From: Octopus sinensis
Lineage: Eukaryota
DNA length: 64,000 bases
NCBI RefSeq assembly: GCF_006345805.1
Contig: NC_042997.1
Span: 94,426,001 to 94,490,000, forward strand
Direction: 5' to 3'
A program made the translations under genes and the position numbers. Of the stretch, positions 38,701 to 52,805 are shown piece by piece; positions within the stretch are counted from its first letter, which is position 1, and every line of letters begins with the position of its first letter. The notes under the pieces are model-generated. The model was given only the letters and a program-made list of their open reading frames with translations. It made no database searches and had not been told where the DNA came from.

Positions 38701-40292
38701 TATTTAAGATACAACTTTATTTATAACAAAATCTTATAATCGAACAAATAAAGGAACGTGTTATTGTACATTTCTGAGATTTTTTGTTGTTGTTGTTTTT
38801 AGTTACCAGAAATCTTCAAAGGTTTTTGAAAACAATAAATTGTCATGTATATTGGGCTTTGCTATAATTCTTGAAATATCGTTTGAAAAGAATCGAGAAT
38901 ATTTGTCACTCTATTTCATACTTGAATACTCATACTTCTAAAGGTCTTGTTAAAACCGTAAGGAACCATATAAACAATACCTTTGTATTGTTATGCCTGT
39001 CAGAAAATAGCGGAAGATGTAACTTCTGCTCTATATTGGTTCCTGTATAAGGTATACAAAAAAGATTATTTTAGTAAATAACTCATTTTTTAATGTATGT
39101 TTTATTATCGTAGGTAAATTCAAGATATTGGTTTTCTTGTAAAAAAGGGCTTTAAATTGGCAGAATTGTTAGAACATCGAGTAAAATGTCTTACGATATA
39201 TAATTTTGGTACTTTACTTTCTGAGTTCAGACGCCATGTACTCTCTTCGTGTGTTCAGAAAACAGAGTGCCAGTGACAAGCTGAGATTGTCAACTACCGC
39301 TGCCCAGTAATGTTTCTGTCATATGTTTATGTTAAAACAAGCACATATAGTTAAAGGGGAGAAAAATCTCCACAAGGCGTATCATTGGCTTGTGTATGTA
39401 TGTATGTATGTATGTATGTATGTATGTATGCATGTTTTTATATGTGTATGTCATTATTCAGTTTTATTTCAAGATTTCTTGCTAATAGAGAAAGAGCCGG
39501 TTTCTAACCTAGATCCAAGGTTCCTTCATTAGAATTTCAACATCAGCAACGGGGTATTTTTGTGTGTATGTATGTACGTATGAATATGTATGTATATGTG
39601 CAGTTTTGTATGTTTTGCTTTATGTATGTATTCTCTTGCATATAGTTGCATGTCTAGACATGGCCATATATATTTAAATGATAAACTTCTGGAAAGTTTT
39701 ACAGATTTTTTAATGTATGTATGTATGTATGTATGTATGTATGTATGTATGTATGTATGTATGGACGTGTGTGTGTGTGTGTGTATGTGTGTGAAAGTTA
39801 TTTTCATTCTCTTGCTAGCAAGGTTGTGAAGGAAAAGTATCTTCTTTTAACCATCATTCATTAAATCTTAAGAAGACCATGCATATTTTTTTATAATCCT
39901 TGATATTGAGATCTCTTGTAGCGTATGAGTTATAGATTTGCATCCTCACCTATCTATATATGTATGTATGCATGTATGTATGTATGCATGCGTGTGTATG
40001 TATGTATATAGGTTTGTATGCATGTACGTATGTACGTATGTACATACATGATGCACAACACGTCCACAGTAATCAGAACTGATTTGACAGTGAAATTGAC
40101 GTTCTCATTTAGGCATGGTTCCTTCTTTGTCAAAATCAAAATGTCCATGACTCATAATTTTCATGGCCAAAAGAGTTGTTTACCAAGAGAAGGAAGCCGA
40201 AAACTAACTGAAGCAAACCACTACTTTATATAGTACCATAATTAAGCACGTGGATAAACAGCCACAACCCACGTTGATTCACCAAAACAACC

Positions 40293-40294
<2 letters not shown>

Positions 40295-40323
<29 letters not shown>

Positions 40324-40357
40324 CTTCTTCTTCTTCTTCTTCTTCTTCTTCTTCTTC

Positions 40358-40389
<32 letters not shown>

Positions 40390-40540
40390 CTTCTTTTTTC
40401 TTCTTCTTCTTCTTCTTCTTCTTCTTCTTCTTCTTCTTCTTCTTCTTCTTCTTCTTCCTTTTTCTTCTTCTTCTTCTTCTTCTTCATCTTCTTCTTCTTC
40501 TTCTTCTCTTCTTCTTCTTCTTCTTCTCTTCTTCTTCTAT
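40295..40540. repeat. (CTT)n microsatellite
   Basis: About 80 imperfect CTT units. Confidence 0.98.
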
Positions 40541-40549
40541 GACTTCTGT

Positions 40550-42100
40550 CAGTGACCAAATTCCTCCACTCCTTACAACTGCTGCCTTTGACCACTTTCA
40601 GCAATTCTTTTTTTCAATCTCACCCTACATCATTGCCTCAACTTGAACGCCACCAAATTCAACTACCTCTATTGCTACTACATCTACCAGTATCCAAGTA
40701 TCAGTTGTACCTTCTTTTTCCTTCAACTTCCAATGCCCCGTTATCATCAAATTCAAGGAAATATAAACCAGAAACTATTTACAAACTACTATCCCTTAAA
40801 ATACCAACACGTCTGCAACGAAATCCAAAAGTATGCCGCCATTTTTTACGCATCTGTCTACAATTTCACTCACCTCCCAGGGAAAAGGCGTTCAATTAAT
40901 AAAAGCAACCGTTCTGCTACAGCATCACCAACGCCAGAATCACAATGAATTCGTAAACTTAAATTCTGCTGCTATTCTCAACACTGGGGATTATGTCTAC
41001 AGCAAGACAGTATGTTCACGCATCTCCCAGAACACGACGTATCGTTATAAATAACACATCCAAGCTATCATTACAATCTCCATAAAAATATACCCTATAG
41101 CAGCAATACCGATATGTACTTTGTCTATAACTCATCTACTAAGAAAATACTCAGCGAGGACAAAAGCAAAAACAAAATCATCAGCCCCGGTAGGAATTTT
41201 TCCTCCAGCTCGGGAAACTGGAAAACATTCAGTAGAAACTCTAACAAATAAAACAACCGACAAAACTGTGAAACCACAACCTCCACAACCTAAGTCACCA
41301 AATTCTGCCTAACCACGTAAATTCTGTTTTATCCATGTGGAACCGAGCAAAAGAGATTCAGAAATGTATCTAGTCTATTAGGCTACACCATACCATGTCA
41401 CTACCCCAGTGCAAAAACTACCCACCTCGCTGCCAATAAATCTCTTTCCAATACTGCTCCAGTCTCAAACTGTTTGCTGAATGCACAAGGCATCATCCCA
41501 TTCTTCAATTTAAAAATATGGAAGATTCAATTCTTTCAAGATTAGGGTGCCAGCCATCCTCCATACATTTGCTTTCTTCGTTCTTACTAAGTCTTACCTT
41601 AGCCATTCTCACTTAGAAGTAGAAGTAAAGGTGAGAAATTATACCACCATTCGTGCAGACTGTACTGATAAAAGAAAAGGCTGAATTACTATTTCCCTAC
41701 ACGACCCATTTATCGCATATACAAATTTCTCATTCGCCAATGGTTATCGTGAATCAGTGTCTGTGTCTAACAAAGCTAATGATTTAGCAATAGTTGGGCT
41801 CCACAGGCCAGCCCAAGCGCCACCACTGTCTCAAAGAATACCTCATAAAAGTGAAATCTTTCATTCAACGTTGCCAATCTGATAACGTTTTAATAATGGG
41901 TAACTTTTATTTTCTTCCCCTTTATTGGTCTACTCATATCATAAAGACAGCGGCGTGCATTTAAATCACAGAGGGGTTCATCAGAAGAATCATCTTTCGA
42001 ATTCATAATCGAATTTTCCCCGTCCCACTGCTTGTGTCGACAAGATTCAACAAAAGCACATTGGACTTAATGTTCAGTAAACACACACTATCCGTGATAT
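40550..42100 (+). mobile_element. CR1/Jockey-group LINE 5' remnant (ORF1-like region + APE endonuclease)
   Basis: The frame from 41763 reads AIVGLHRP...DNVLIMGNFYFLPLYW (compare YRPP and IMGDFNFP..W). TLDLMFSK occurs at 42058-42081. Upstream there is a Cys/His motif KYQH..PKVCRHFLRICLQFH. Confidence 0.65.
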
Positions 42101-42337
42101 TACATTAGAAAAATCCCAGTTAATTTAGTGTTTATTTATGGCATATTGTAATCAGGCAAAACGTAAATAGTAATAATTAATTGTTTCACGAAAACAGGTA
42201 ATTCAGTCAATGACTCGTTTCATTATATGCCGGCATATAAAGATGCTATATTCACACATGCAGCCACACATAATTTCAGAGCGGCATTGGGATTCAAACT
42301 GTAATACTCAATTTGTTACCAACAACTTGCCTTGTTA

Positions 42338-42374
<37 letters not shown>

Positions 42375-44893
42375 ACACACACGCACGCACACACGCACAT
42401 ATATTCGCGCGCACACACGCACATATATTCGCGCGCACACAAACACACACGCACATACATAAATATTTTTTAGAAAAATCTTTTAAATCGCATTCTAACT
42501 ATGTTATTGTATAGCACGTATAAAGGTTTAAATCCAAAATTTTCTACGTATTCATTGGGATTTTTTTTCACGATTAGCTTTTATCATAGAAAACAAGAAG
42601 GAAATACCAATGTAACATGATTCTTACGTTTACATATTTTGTACATACAACAAGACTTTTGTTAGACATGTTAGCGGCAGAATTCTACGCAACCGTACAT
42701 TTTAGATAAACAAATAGAGAATGTTATTTATTTTACTTGAACATTTGTAAGATTGTATTTCGAAACTAACCTGGAATAATTGGAATTGTTATTTATCAAG
42801 GTATAGAATATATTTATTGACTTAACTGAATGACTGAACTTGTAATAAAAATAGTTCAGTTGTAATATGAGTAACTGCAATAGTAACAGTAGCCTTTTTG
42901 TTTATCATAAAATGTAAGTCTAAATCGACTGCCTTTCCATAGAAGTATTTAAAACATTCAGTATTGTATACAATTGATTTATTTCGACCAGACAAAAAGT
43001 AAAGATTATTTCGAGGAGAAAAATGTGCTTTTGTGAAGCTAGAACGCATTACAAGCTAGCAGCAGGGAAATATCTTCAGACGGTTATCAAAACCGTTCGT
43101 GATCTCGGCTTATCTAGACATAACCACGCACACTTAAATCCTCGCGAACACTATAACAAAGCATACTAGTTTCATTTACCCTGGTAATATAGTCAATAAT
43201 TAATACATTAACAAGGAATAGAAATTGAAATATGGTGATATTTAAAATACGTGAAATAAACTGTCATGATGGAGATTAAACTGGATTATCTTGAATGACT
43301 AGTCAAAACAAAATCGCAGATCCTATACATCGGGATATGAAGTCCTTTCTCACGAAGATTTCTCTTGGAAATAAAGAAATGTTAAACATTTAAATGGAAA
43401 ACATATACAAATATCATTTCAGACACAATAGAGTTGTAGTGGGAATGGAAATTATGTGTATATTATCTAATGAATATTAACTTCGATTGTAATATAAAAG
43501 CAAGTGGAATTGCAAAAATATTTCATTTGGTAATTTTTGAAGACAGCCACCTGAGTCACCCATCTGGATGAAAAGGATCAATCACTCGCTCAGATTAACA
43601 ATGCGGATACGCGTTAATGCCAACAATATAAATATATGACAGAATGTGTAAAATAGCTGCGATGATTTATGCGTCAAATTTCTAATTATATTTTAATAAT
43701 TTTGGATCATGCGAAAACTGGTGGATTAAAATACAATATTTAAATAATTCATAAATTTTATATTTATTTGGTGTAATGACTGACATGAGTGTAATCAATA
43801 TGAACATATTAATAGTATCCTAAAAAATAGATAAACTACTTTTCTATCGTCTGGAATTGTTTTGCACTTTTTTAAAAAAGTTAAGTGCAACAGAATGTTA
43901 ATTGAAAATAACATTTAGTGTATTATATAGTACTGCTTGAAAGAAACTGGCGAGTTTTTATGTCACATCTGCTTATAATCTTTGACTTAGTTGAAAACAC
44001 TCAATGCATGTTTATGAGAGAGAGAGAGAGATATAGAGAGGGGGAGAGAGAAAAAGAAAGAGAGAGAGAGAAGGAGGTAGTCAGTTTCTGTTATTTAACT
44101 AAAATTATATGAAGCATAAACAATCATGGTACTTGAGACTAACTTTTGAAAAATAGCAAAAATTGCTTTGTTATCATACAGCTATGAATAATATGAATTT
44201 TATTATCATTCTGATACTAGCATAGAGAGTTATCTTGTATGGCTGGATTGGTAAAGCAAAATGATATCTCTTGCTGAAGTGAAACTCGTAGAAAAGGTGT
44301 AAACTTCTTTTTCAGCACTTCATAATATCTATAATTTAGTTAAAAATAAAAATATTTCAAATGCAATCTAATGAAGCTAATGCATTAATTTGTTTCTTAC
44401 CATATCGAACAAATAGTATAATTTCTTCACATGTGATGAAGAGAGAGAGAGAGAGGAACATTCAGAATATAACTACTTGAACCAAAGAAAGAGTCACTAT
44501 TTGGATTCTTGCCCTTTTAGAAATGGCAGCCAAAATGACATAAATTATATGGTTATATTATAATTTGAAGGACACAAAGGATTATGCAGATCTGAATATA
44601 TTGTCAGAAGCTAAGATGGGATATGATCATCACTAGTAGGTTTTGGATCGCAGGTTGGTTTGATCAAAAATAATCTAGGTTAAAAGACAACACAAAATAA
44701 CCCAAAAATTCCGATTTTATAACACTTTGCCAACACTGAGTACTTCTTTCCTAATGTTTAATTCAAAAAAGCGTAAACTGACGAGTCGAATAGATTTATT
44801 AGAGCTATAAATAGATTTCAAAATGTATAGCAGATAATTTTAATAAATTAATATCAAAAAATTAAATATCATAAAGAGCGCATGCCGGAAATA

Positions 44894-46152
44894 CAGGGTG
44901 TGATGGGTAAATTGTCGCCATATTATATTTTTAATTTTGTGCGTGCTCATTGTTTGTTTTTGATTTTGTCGACTACACAGTATAGTTGGGTCAAGTGGGC
45001 ACCGTCTGTGAAAAGAAAAACAGCAGTATGACGCAATACACTCTGCCAGAAATTTGGAAACGACATGCTGTACTGCTTGCCATTCGCACCTGAGGCTACA
45101 ATACGAAATTTTCAGAGTGTTTGAGTGTCAATCTGAGAAGAGTGCAGAGATTTCCAAATGAGTTGGATGAGGCTAATGGTGATTACGAAGGTACGGCAGC
45201 TCGGAAAACTCACTCTGATCGTTCCGATAAGAGAAGAACTCCTGCATTTGTTGATGAGATCCAGGCTATAATTGACAACAATTCCTCCAAGTCAATCAGG
45301 TCCATTACCAGGGACATGGGAGTGTCTGAGTTTCTTATCAGGCAGGTAGTGCATTCCTCATACATGACGGGAAAGGGCCAATTTTTATCCCAAGCTATCA
45401 AGGGCAAGAAGAAAGACCGTGCAGCGAAGCTTTTGAACAAACTCAAGCATCCCCTCCAACCGAGCATGCTTTGGCTTTTCTCAAACGAGAAAAATTTCTG
45501 CTAGGAAACACACAGAACAACTTTTGGCTTGCGTGTCCCCAAAACATGTACCGTGAGTGATAAAAATCAAACATCCAGTCAACATCAATGGTGTTCGGAG
45601 TGATCATTTGTGATGGTGACGTTATGCCTCTATTCAACATGGAGGCCTACATCAAGTGCCTGGAGGAGGTAGTGCTGCCCTGGGTAAAAGGAGTGGCTGC
45701 TGGAAAACACTATATCTGGCAACGGGACTCTGCATCATGTCACACAAGCAGAAGAATCCAGTCATGGCTATCAGACAATTTCTGCAACCACATCATCCCT
45801 AACATCTGGCCACCTAATTCCTCAGACTGCAACCTACTTGTTTATTATGTGTGGGGTGCAGTTGAGCGAGAGACCAACAAAACTCCTTGTAACACCAAAG
45901 ATGAACTGAAAGCAAGGATTATGACAGCATTCACCGATTAAAACATTGAGACCGCCCAGAAGAGCTGCTGGAGATTCAGAAGTCGTCTGGAAACCATGGT
46001 TGTAGCAAGAGGCGATTTTATTGAATAGATTTACTGTTTAGTATTTCAAGATATTTTTGATTTAATTTTGGTAAGTATATCTGTCAAAATGAGATGTCAG
46101 TGTTATTTTCATATTTGCTTATTTTAGACGACAATTACTTCACCGTACCCTG
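44894..46152 (+). mobile_element. DD37D (maT-type) Tc1/mariner transposon with both TIRs and TA target duplication
   Basis: Left end TA|CAGGGTGTGATGGGTAAATTGTCGCC. Right end, reverse-complemented, TA|CAGGGTACGGTGAAGTAATTGTCGTC. The internal region is a transposase remnant. Confidence 0.9.
45028..46028 (+). pseudogene. DD37D transposase pseudogene
   Basis: ORFs 45121..45504 and 45588..45941 carry FSNEKNF, MVFGVI, WQRDSASCH and WPPNSSDCNLLVYYVWG. There are 37 residues between the QRD Asp and the third acidic position, which is mutated to Val. Stops and deletions are present. Confidence 0.88.
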
Positions 46153-46769
46153 TATATGTACAGCTAAATAAAGTAAAGAAATAAATCGGGTGCTCGAATA
46201 TTTATAATTTGCTAGAGATTTTAAGAGGTGCTATCAAAGAAGAATATCCTTGCAGGTTACTAAATCTATAATTTTAAGTGGTGACAAACTATTTTTTCAC
46301 CGAGAAAGAGATGTAGGCTTCAATATCTCATTACCATGCTTTAAAAGCTGCAAAGGACTCAACATGATATTTTAAGGACAAACACGGTTCTTATAAGAAA
46401 ACCTATTTAGATTCGTGAAAATAATAAAACTGGTATGCTCAAATATTTTAAGATAATAAGATAAAAAGATAATAAAAGCAGATATTGCTCAAGGAAATAC
46501 CGTTATGCGAATCCTCCAAGAACAATTGACTTTTCATTACAATATACGCTTAAGCACCAAAAATGTCTGTGCTAATATATTTATTCTTCTAGAGCAAGAT
46601 ATGACTTACCATAAAAAGGCATGTTATTATTATTGTTTTAACAACAACAACAACGGCGACGACGATAATGGTGAGGAGGAGGAGTTGGAGGGGAGGATAG
46701 CGATTTCAAATTTCAGCACAAGCCCTGCAATTTTATGGAGGGATATAAATCGATTACATCACCCCTAGT

Positions 46770-46897
46770 GCTCAACTGGAACTTAGTTTATCGACTCCAG
46801 AAGGATAAAAAGTAAAGTCGACATCGCCGGAATTTGACGTATGAAATGCCACTAAGCTTTTTGCCCGGCGTTCTACGGAATGTGCTAACTCGCCGCA
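46770..46897 (-). mobile_element. SINE fragment (family of 25748-25960)
   Basis: AAAGTCGACATCGCCGGAATTTGA...GAAATGCCACTAAGC...GCCCGGCG...CTCGCCGC. Confidence 0.7.
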
Positions 46898-46945
46898 TTG
46901 ATAATAACAACAACAGCAGCAATAATAATAATGATAATGATGATT

Positions 46946-47023
<78 letters not shown>

Positions 47024-47329
47024 TAATAATAATAATAATACCCTGATGCAGTACCAGACAGCGGCTCTCATGACATCTGATCTTAACTGATTGTAAGTGT
47101 TATGTTATATGTTGTTTTTCTTGGTATAAAAGATGGTCTACAGCAAATATACTGCTCAATACTACAGCTTTGCTTGTCAGTTGTTTGACCTTAACCAATT
47201 GACCATGCCCCTTCATGTATCTCTGTGAAAAGCCTTAATTCAAGAGAAAGCTGATCTTCATGCCAGATTATGCCACGTCTCATGCAGCGAAGAATTCTAA
47301 GGAATACCTGCAACAAATGAGTTTCTCTG

Positions 47330-47580
47330 GAACTCGTTTTATGGAGTGGCTATCTTGTTCCCATAACTTAAAACCAATCGAGAAGGGCGACAGGTGGAGT
47401 TGCTTTTATTAATTGAACGTCTTATCCCTGGTAGGTGAGTGAAATTGTAGTCAAGCGCGTAAAGAATGGCGGCATGCTTTTGGATTTCGTGGAAGACGTG
47501 TTGGTATTTTAAGGGATAGTAGGTTGTGGAGTTTCCTGTAGAGGTGAGTTTGCCAAGAAGGGCGGAAGTTTTCAATTAGT
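47330..47580 (-). repeat. Second copy of the 40780-40910 ORF1-like segment
   Basis: ACTACTATCCCTTAAAATACCAACACGTCT...AAATCCAAAAG.ATGCCGCCATT...CTACAATTTCACTCACCT.CCAGGGA.AAG.CGTTCAATTAATAAAAGCAAC is shared in inverted orientation. Confidence 0.85.
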
Positions 47581-48122
47581 GTTACCCTCTAGGATGCTGC
47601 TCAAAGCATGACCCAGGAGGTATCATCACCTTGAAAAATTCAACGGATCGGCACGTTAGGAAGATTATTGCATGTGCAGGATCAAACATCAAACACTAGG
47701 AGCTGTATGACATCATAATCCCAAGACTTTTCATTCGAACATATCATTATGTTTACCATTAAGTCCTTTATGAATAATTGTTTTGTTAAACATTTACTGT
47801 TGAATTGAATAACTGTTTGTTCTGTCTCAGTCATCATTTTTATTATACTTGCTTAATAATTTGTGACAGTGAAAATGTTGCCCAATCACAAAAATAGACA
47901 CCATTTGTTGACGTTTTCTCAGATCTTATTTGTTTTAATGGAATGTGCGTCCATAGGTCAGTGGGACCTGGTTTTGAACAAATATATCTTTATTTATTAA
48001 CAGAAGGTTGATTTGCCTAATAATGTGGGACGTAGTGTATATATATATATATACACACACTCACACTTGTCTTCGTCTTTTGTTTTTCTATAAATTGCAA
48101 CCGTATGTATATATATATATAT

Positions 48123-48222
<100 letters not shown>

Positions 48223-49005
48223 TGTGTGTATGAGTTTATGTGTGTGTGTAGGAATGAACTTTATTTTATTCTATACGAGTAGAAATATAGAAAAACGAAG
48301 TTGAAAATGCACTGAGAGATTTTTCGATGGTTTATTTAAAAATAATTCACTGGTTTCACAGATTTTATCTCATTTTCAAACGTTAAGTGAGACAGAAAGT
48401 CTTGGGGCTCTGCTACAACTTCCTTGCTTCTCAATGGAGTTCGAAAGTCTCTTGTTTGTATGGAGGGAACACAGCTCAAATTAATATCTTTAGGATACAA
48501 TTTGACTGGTAGTGGATAATCCCGTGATTAGGATTAGAAATTTTTTGTAAGTTTACAAATATTTTACAAACTGTCTCAAATATTACCTAATCCCAGCATT
48601 ATCCAGAAATTGATCTCGAATCCGCGTGTTAACGCAGCAAGCATTTTCTCCATCACTACCCGCTTGCAGGCATGAAATGTACTAAGCTGTATGTGACATG
48701 GTTCACAATATAAACGTTTCTAAATGCATTCTTCACTCACGTCATTGGAGAAGAATTATATGTCATAATAGTGTATTATTTCGATGCAGAAATAGCATTA
48801 TTTGTTATATGACGGGCGTAGTTTCATTTAAATGAATGTTGCAGACGTTGATATAAATGAAGCACTCTCATAACCATATTTGCCTTTAGGGAATTCAGTT
48901 TCATCTTACTTAGGAATAAAAGGATTCTTTAGAATTTCCTTCGTATTAATATGGAAAATGTATGGATTATGCTGCTAATGCAACTACTACAATTACTACT
49001 ACTAG

Positions 49006-49072
<67 letters not shown>

Positions 49073-49116
49073 TAGATAATAATAAATAAATAATAATCAT
49101 AATAATGATACTAATA

Positions 49117-49172
<56 letters not shown>

Positions 49173-49189
49173 TGATGATGATGATGATT

Positions 49190-49225
<36 letters not shown>

Positions 49226-51256
49226 GCAACAGTGATAACAACATCAATAACAATATTCATTTCTTTATTTGCCACGAAGGTGAATAATGAGGGGACATTG
49301 CAAAAATAATACTATTATCGATACTTCCCGTATTTATATTTGTGCATTTTACATGAGAGAATGGAAGAGAATAAGATATATAACGTTCAGGATAAATAAA
49401 ACGAATAGAAAATGACAATTTTGCGCACACGCATGTATATATGCCTTGTATGTGTGAATGTGTCTGTGCGTGCATATATTTATGTATGTATGTATGTATG
49501 TATGTATGTATGTATGTATGTATGTATGTATGTATGTATGTATGTATGTATATGTATATATAAATATACATGTATGTATACACGCACAGACAGATTCACA
49601 CACATACGTCGATGAGATCTCTGGGCGAAAATATCCAGAAAAATGCGGAAAAATTGGAAAATAGTAGGCACATTTTTCTCAGATCAATGCGTACTTGAAA
49701 TCGATTCATCTGCTAACTGTGCAAGACAGCATCATATTACCTTGGTTTACATAGTATCTGTTTGGTCTCTGCAATCTTGCGCTGTTTTTCTTTAACTGAA
49801 CACATTCCATGTCGTGTCAAATGCTCATTTAAATTAATGAATTTGAAGCATAAATGCCTTTTGTGTTACTTTGCTTTATACTAATCAATGTGACAGTATG
49901 AATGTATACAGATGTAAGATTGCATAAACTATGTCTGAATTAGGACTGAATCTAACTAACTGTGTCCCATCACTTATACAATTAACCTACATTACAGTTA
50001 TAGAGATTTCTATAGAACACTGGTATTTGCATAAGAAGTTTTGCAAATACCAGAAAAACACGCGTGCACACACAAACACACACACACACACACACACAAT
50101 CACACGCACGCACACACACACAAGCACACACACATTCACAATCACACACACACGTACACATGCACGCACACAGATACACACACACATAGATACACATGCA
50201 AACACATATGAATTTTTGTGTGTGTCTTATTGCATGTATATGCATATGTTTGCGTTTGTTTCTGCCAACATAATCCCCGCTTCACAACCAGTGTTGTTTA
50301 CATCTCCGTAAAGTAGTGCTTCAGAAATAAATAGGGATAGAATAAGTACTGTGGACTAATTATTCATCTAAAATCTTCAAGGCACGCCCCTAGTCAAACA
50401 CGTAAACTAACAAGTAAATGTAAAAGACAAAAAAATAAGATATATTCTACGGTTGATTCACCAATAGACTTAATATTTCCCATACAATATTCTTTTTTAT
50501 ATTTTGCGAAAATATCCCATTGCCTACGTTCAAGACATACATTGAAACAGATAAGTGCATGGACATCAAATTTTAATTTCTTTTTCAAGTATTAATAATC
50601 TGGTACACAAGTTGTTATTGTTTGTAAATGCTACTTGCATGAGAATACTTCTAGACTAATATTTCAAAGACATGTTAAAGCAATAAAAGTGTCTTCTATA
50701 TTCCCATTTCTTAGCAATATCAATATTCTCACTCAGTATTTTATACTCGTCTGAAGAATATAAACTTCATTCACTTAAGGTCATAATAATTTTAAATGTT
50801 CTGAGTGTAATTTAGGTTTATATTTCAATAACTATGATGCTCTTCCTTATTCCACTTCATTTCATATAAAACGAAAGAACTAGCAGGGGAAATGACTATT
50901 TTGTGACTATTATTGTAGAAAATTTTACCACGGAACAATTTATATAAAATAATAAGACATGGTAGCCCCGTGATATTGAAGGCATTTTGCAATTAATTGC
51001 AGTATAATGTATAGAATCGTGAAGGTCGATGCAATATTTCCAAGATGAAATTGCATATATTAGTTTCTGCAATGAAGCCATCTAAAACATACATCACATA
51101 ACAGACGCACACACAATTGCATACACGCATACATACACGTGCATACAGGGAGAGTGATCCAGATACATACATCCACAGATGTTCACGTATGTGTGTATAT
51201 TATATATATATATATATATATATCTGTGTGTGTGTGAGCGTATTTGTGTTCGTGTT

Positions 51257-51295
<39 letters not shown>

Positions 51296-51334
51296 ATATC
51301 TCTCTCTCTCTATATATATATATATGTATATATA

Positions 51335-52636
51335 TATTAGACAAAAAGAGAAAACGGAGTTTTCAGGACATTTATTAGGAAAGAGATATACGTATAGTCT
51401 TACAACTGTGTCTGGGATATTATGGATAACCCTTCATAAGACACAATGTGAGATGGTCAAATAGAGATAAATGCCTGATTTTGAAATAAGGAATTATTGT
51501 GGAAAGGGAGGAGATAGGGAATATAGAGGGAAATAAGTGAATGAAAGTAGAAGTAAAATATAAAACAGTGTAGTTGCAGTTCCATTATTCGAGTAAAGTG
51601 GTATTTAGAAGTGGTAAAAATTTTCCTGTACATGGTATGTAAGTTCCAATAGTAGTTCATGTTTAGTGATTTCAAATACGGAGTCGTAGATTCTGTATTG
51701 CTCATTCTACTAGATTTTGTGGAGGGAATGAAAATTGAGAAAGTATTTGTAGCATTTCTGGATATATGGTGGTAGTGAGGAGATGTTTATGATTATAATG
51801 AGATGATTGGTCAAACTGAAGACAGAAAGAGAAAATGAGAAGTAAAAAGAGAAAAAAAAGAAAAAGGATAAAAATGATGATAACAATAATGATAAAAAGA
51901 GAGAAAGAGAGAAATGAAGAGAGAGACGAAAAAGGGAAAATTGATAAAAAGAAAGAAAGGTGAAGAAAGGGTGAAAGAAGTGAGAAAGGGAGTGATCGTT
52001 GGTGGTCAAGATAATGACAGGGAAGGATGAGAGAGTAGTAGGAAGAGATGAGAAGTGAATAAGTTTGAGATGTGTGAGTAGGGGTGATACGATAGGGCTG
52101 CATTAAGGGATGGGTAGAGAGAAGGTATGGGTCGGGTGATATTAAAGTGAGTAGTAGTTTTAGTAGTAAACTTTAAAGTAGAGGGAAGAATAGACGTATA
52201 TGATAGGTTAGTGTGATAGGTAGGAATCAGGGAGGAGGTAATAAGTTATAATGATATACGTAGGCGCGCACATATGTACATATACATGTGAATACATGCA
52301 TACATACATATACACACACATATATACATGAACATATGGATACACGTGCATGCTCACTCGAATCCATAAATATATTCATACATATGTACGGGAAACTATT
52401 TTTCCACTTCTATACATCACTTTATTCGAATAATGGAACTGCAACTACAATGACTTATATTTTCTACTTTTATTCTCTTATTTCCCTCAATATTCCCTAT
52501 CACCTCTTTTTCAATAATAATTCCTTATTTCGAAATCAGACATTTATCTCTATTTAACCATCTCACATCGTCTCTGCTATAAGACTATAAATGTCCTGAA
52601 AGCTCCTCACAGCTTTAGCTTTGTTATGTATTTTTA

Positions 52637-52643
<7 letters not shown>
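51335..52643. repeat. Long inverted repeat pair (51335-51633 and 52384-52643) around a purine-rich spacer
   Basis: Shared blocks ATGTGAGATGGT.AAATAGAGATAAATG.CTGATTT.GAAATAAGGAATTATT and TGTAGTTGCAGTTCCATTATTCGA.TAAAGTG occur in opposite orientations. The left arm has small insertions. Confidence 0.85.
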
Positions 52644-52687
<44 letters not shown>

Positions 52688-52723
52688 TACATGCTATTAC
52701 AAGACCCACATTAAACTCCTCAC

Positions 52724-52805
52724 CCGTATCACTATCGAACGAAGGGTTTTTACTAGGGTCTGTCCATAGCACTTGCTTACTGTTACCTGCTACACTTTGG
52801 GTTTT
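52724..52805 (-). CDS. Candidate internal exon (KTQSVAGNSKQVLWTDPSKNPSFDSDT)
   Basis: Acceptor TATCTAG and donor CGG|GTGAGG. The 82-nt segment runs phase 0 to 1 and is phase-compatible with 54182-54266. Confidence 0.33.

Noticed and set aside
40242-40604. 120-aa poly-E/K/R ORF
   Set aside because: It is the reverse complement of the (CTT)n microsatellite, with no other coding signal.
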